This document shows, piece after piece, positions 62,900-64,000 of a stretch of DNA of 64,000 nucleotides. A program made the translations under genes and the position numbers. The DNA lies in the NCBI GenBank assembly GCA_032718475.1, contig JAUCBJ010008427.1, forward strand, positions 1-64,000, written 5' to 3'. The notes under the pieces were generated by a model. That model saw only the letters and a list, made by a program, of their open reading frames with translations, made no database searches and was not told the origin of the DNA. Numbering within the stretch: the stretch's first letter is position 1; each line of letters starts with the position of its first letter. This DNA comes from Nemertoderma westbladi. Lineage: Eukaryota; Animalia; Xenacoelomorpha.

Positions 62900-64000
62900 T
62901 ATGTATGTATAGTATATATATCATTGTTGTTATGGGCGCTTCTGTCGATGACATCATGGTGGAGTCAACTAATACGTGTTGGTGATTCTGGATGAGTGTG
63001 CGTCCAGATGGCATCCAGACATGGTATTTCAGGGTTTCCACTACATGGCCTGCATGGTCCCATCGTTTGGTGATAGGGTATTGTACCTTGATTGGATGAT
63101 GTGGGGGGACACACAATGGTGTGTGTTGGCACTCAAGTGCGAGTGGGGTGTCCAAATATAATTTCAGCTGGTGACATTCCATTGGCACATGGGGCCTTTC
63201 TCAACTCCAGAAGTCCTTTCTGGAATTCTGGAGACTGAATGGAAGCCCCTGTCTTGGAAAGAAGTCATTTCAGGGCTTTAATGGTGGCCTCAGTGTGGCC
63301 ATTGCTCTGGGGGTATTCTGGTGGTGACATCGTGTTTAAGGAACATGGTTAACACAGCTGCAGTAAACTGTGTTCCTACCTCGGAATGTAATCAGTTTGG
63401 TACACTGAACTGGATAAATATTTTGCGGATGTCACGTATTGTATGGTCTGCAGTGGGGTATGATGTAAATGGTTGGACTTCCAGTCACACAGCGTAATGA
63501 CCAACCATTACCATAAAGTGCTTTCTGTTTAGAGCAAAAAGGTCAGCTAACATATCATCGAATGGTCAAGTGGCTGGTGGGTCACAAACAAAAGTTTATT
63601 TTCCAAGACTTTAACGTTGCATGCATTCGTTACAGACCCCGTACCATGGTAGCATGTCATTATTTAGTTCTGACCAATAGACGCATTGATGGGCTCGACA
63701 CAGCATATGCTCGATACCCTGGTGGGAGACGTGGAGTGTCTCCTTGTGGGTGGCGGTGTGCACTCCTGAATAAGACAAGGTCGCCATCCGTGGTGAATTC
63801 ATCCCAGATCACCTAATACATTGCGACAGCTGGGTCCGAGCAGGAAGCAGTGGAGAATCCGGTCTCAACAACATGGTTTAACTGATGTAGTTGAGGTCAT
63901 CTTTTGCTGTGTTTATAGGCAGGGAATCCAAGAGAGGGTCTGCAATGTGGCCCTTTGTATGATCATAGATTTCAGATATTGCACTGTGTGTTGCCACGCG
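62900..64000 (-). pseudogene. Ty3/gypsy pol remnant (integrase zinc finger and core)
   Basis: LHVSHQGIE...RA..VYW...C..C, PFDD..ADLF, GTQFT, SPPEYPQSNGHTEATIK. Confidence 0.85.

Overview
AT-rich eukaryotic (probably invertebrate animal) DNA made almost entirely of nested, mostly decayed mobile elements. I recognise no host gene. From left to right: (1) a Penelope-like retroelement (2.8-8.0 kb) with pseudo-LTRs, minimal hammerhead ribozymes and an in-frame SIM-repeat plus Ulp1/C48 SUMO-protease module ahead of RT and GIY-YIG. (2) A left-truncated Polinton/Maverick (12.1-34.0 kb) with pPolB, integrase, packaging ATPase, adenain-like protease, major capsid and two pentons, plus a TBP-like and a PC4-like gene. 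It is interrupted by an apparently endonuclease-less LINE. (3) An 11.6-kb TIR element ('element Y', 36246-47873) whose intact end reads AGTAGTATAGA like the Polinton's end. It has no Polinton core genes. Instead it carries a decayed gene with the motif order of pT181/Rep_trans rolling-circle initiators, a 32-bp hairpin array and an unknown two-exon gene. Two more partial Y copies flank the Polinton, which sits inside one of them. (4) Remnants of Academ, pogo, hAT, a CR1/L2-type LINE, Transib (with an RSS-like end) and Ty3/gypsy. Element Y, as a possible Polinton satellite, is the best candidate for an undescribed system. All family assignments come from motif recognition by eye. No searches were run.
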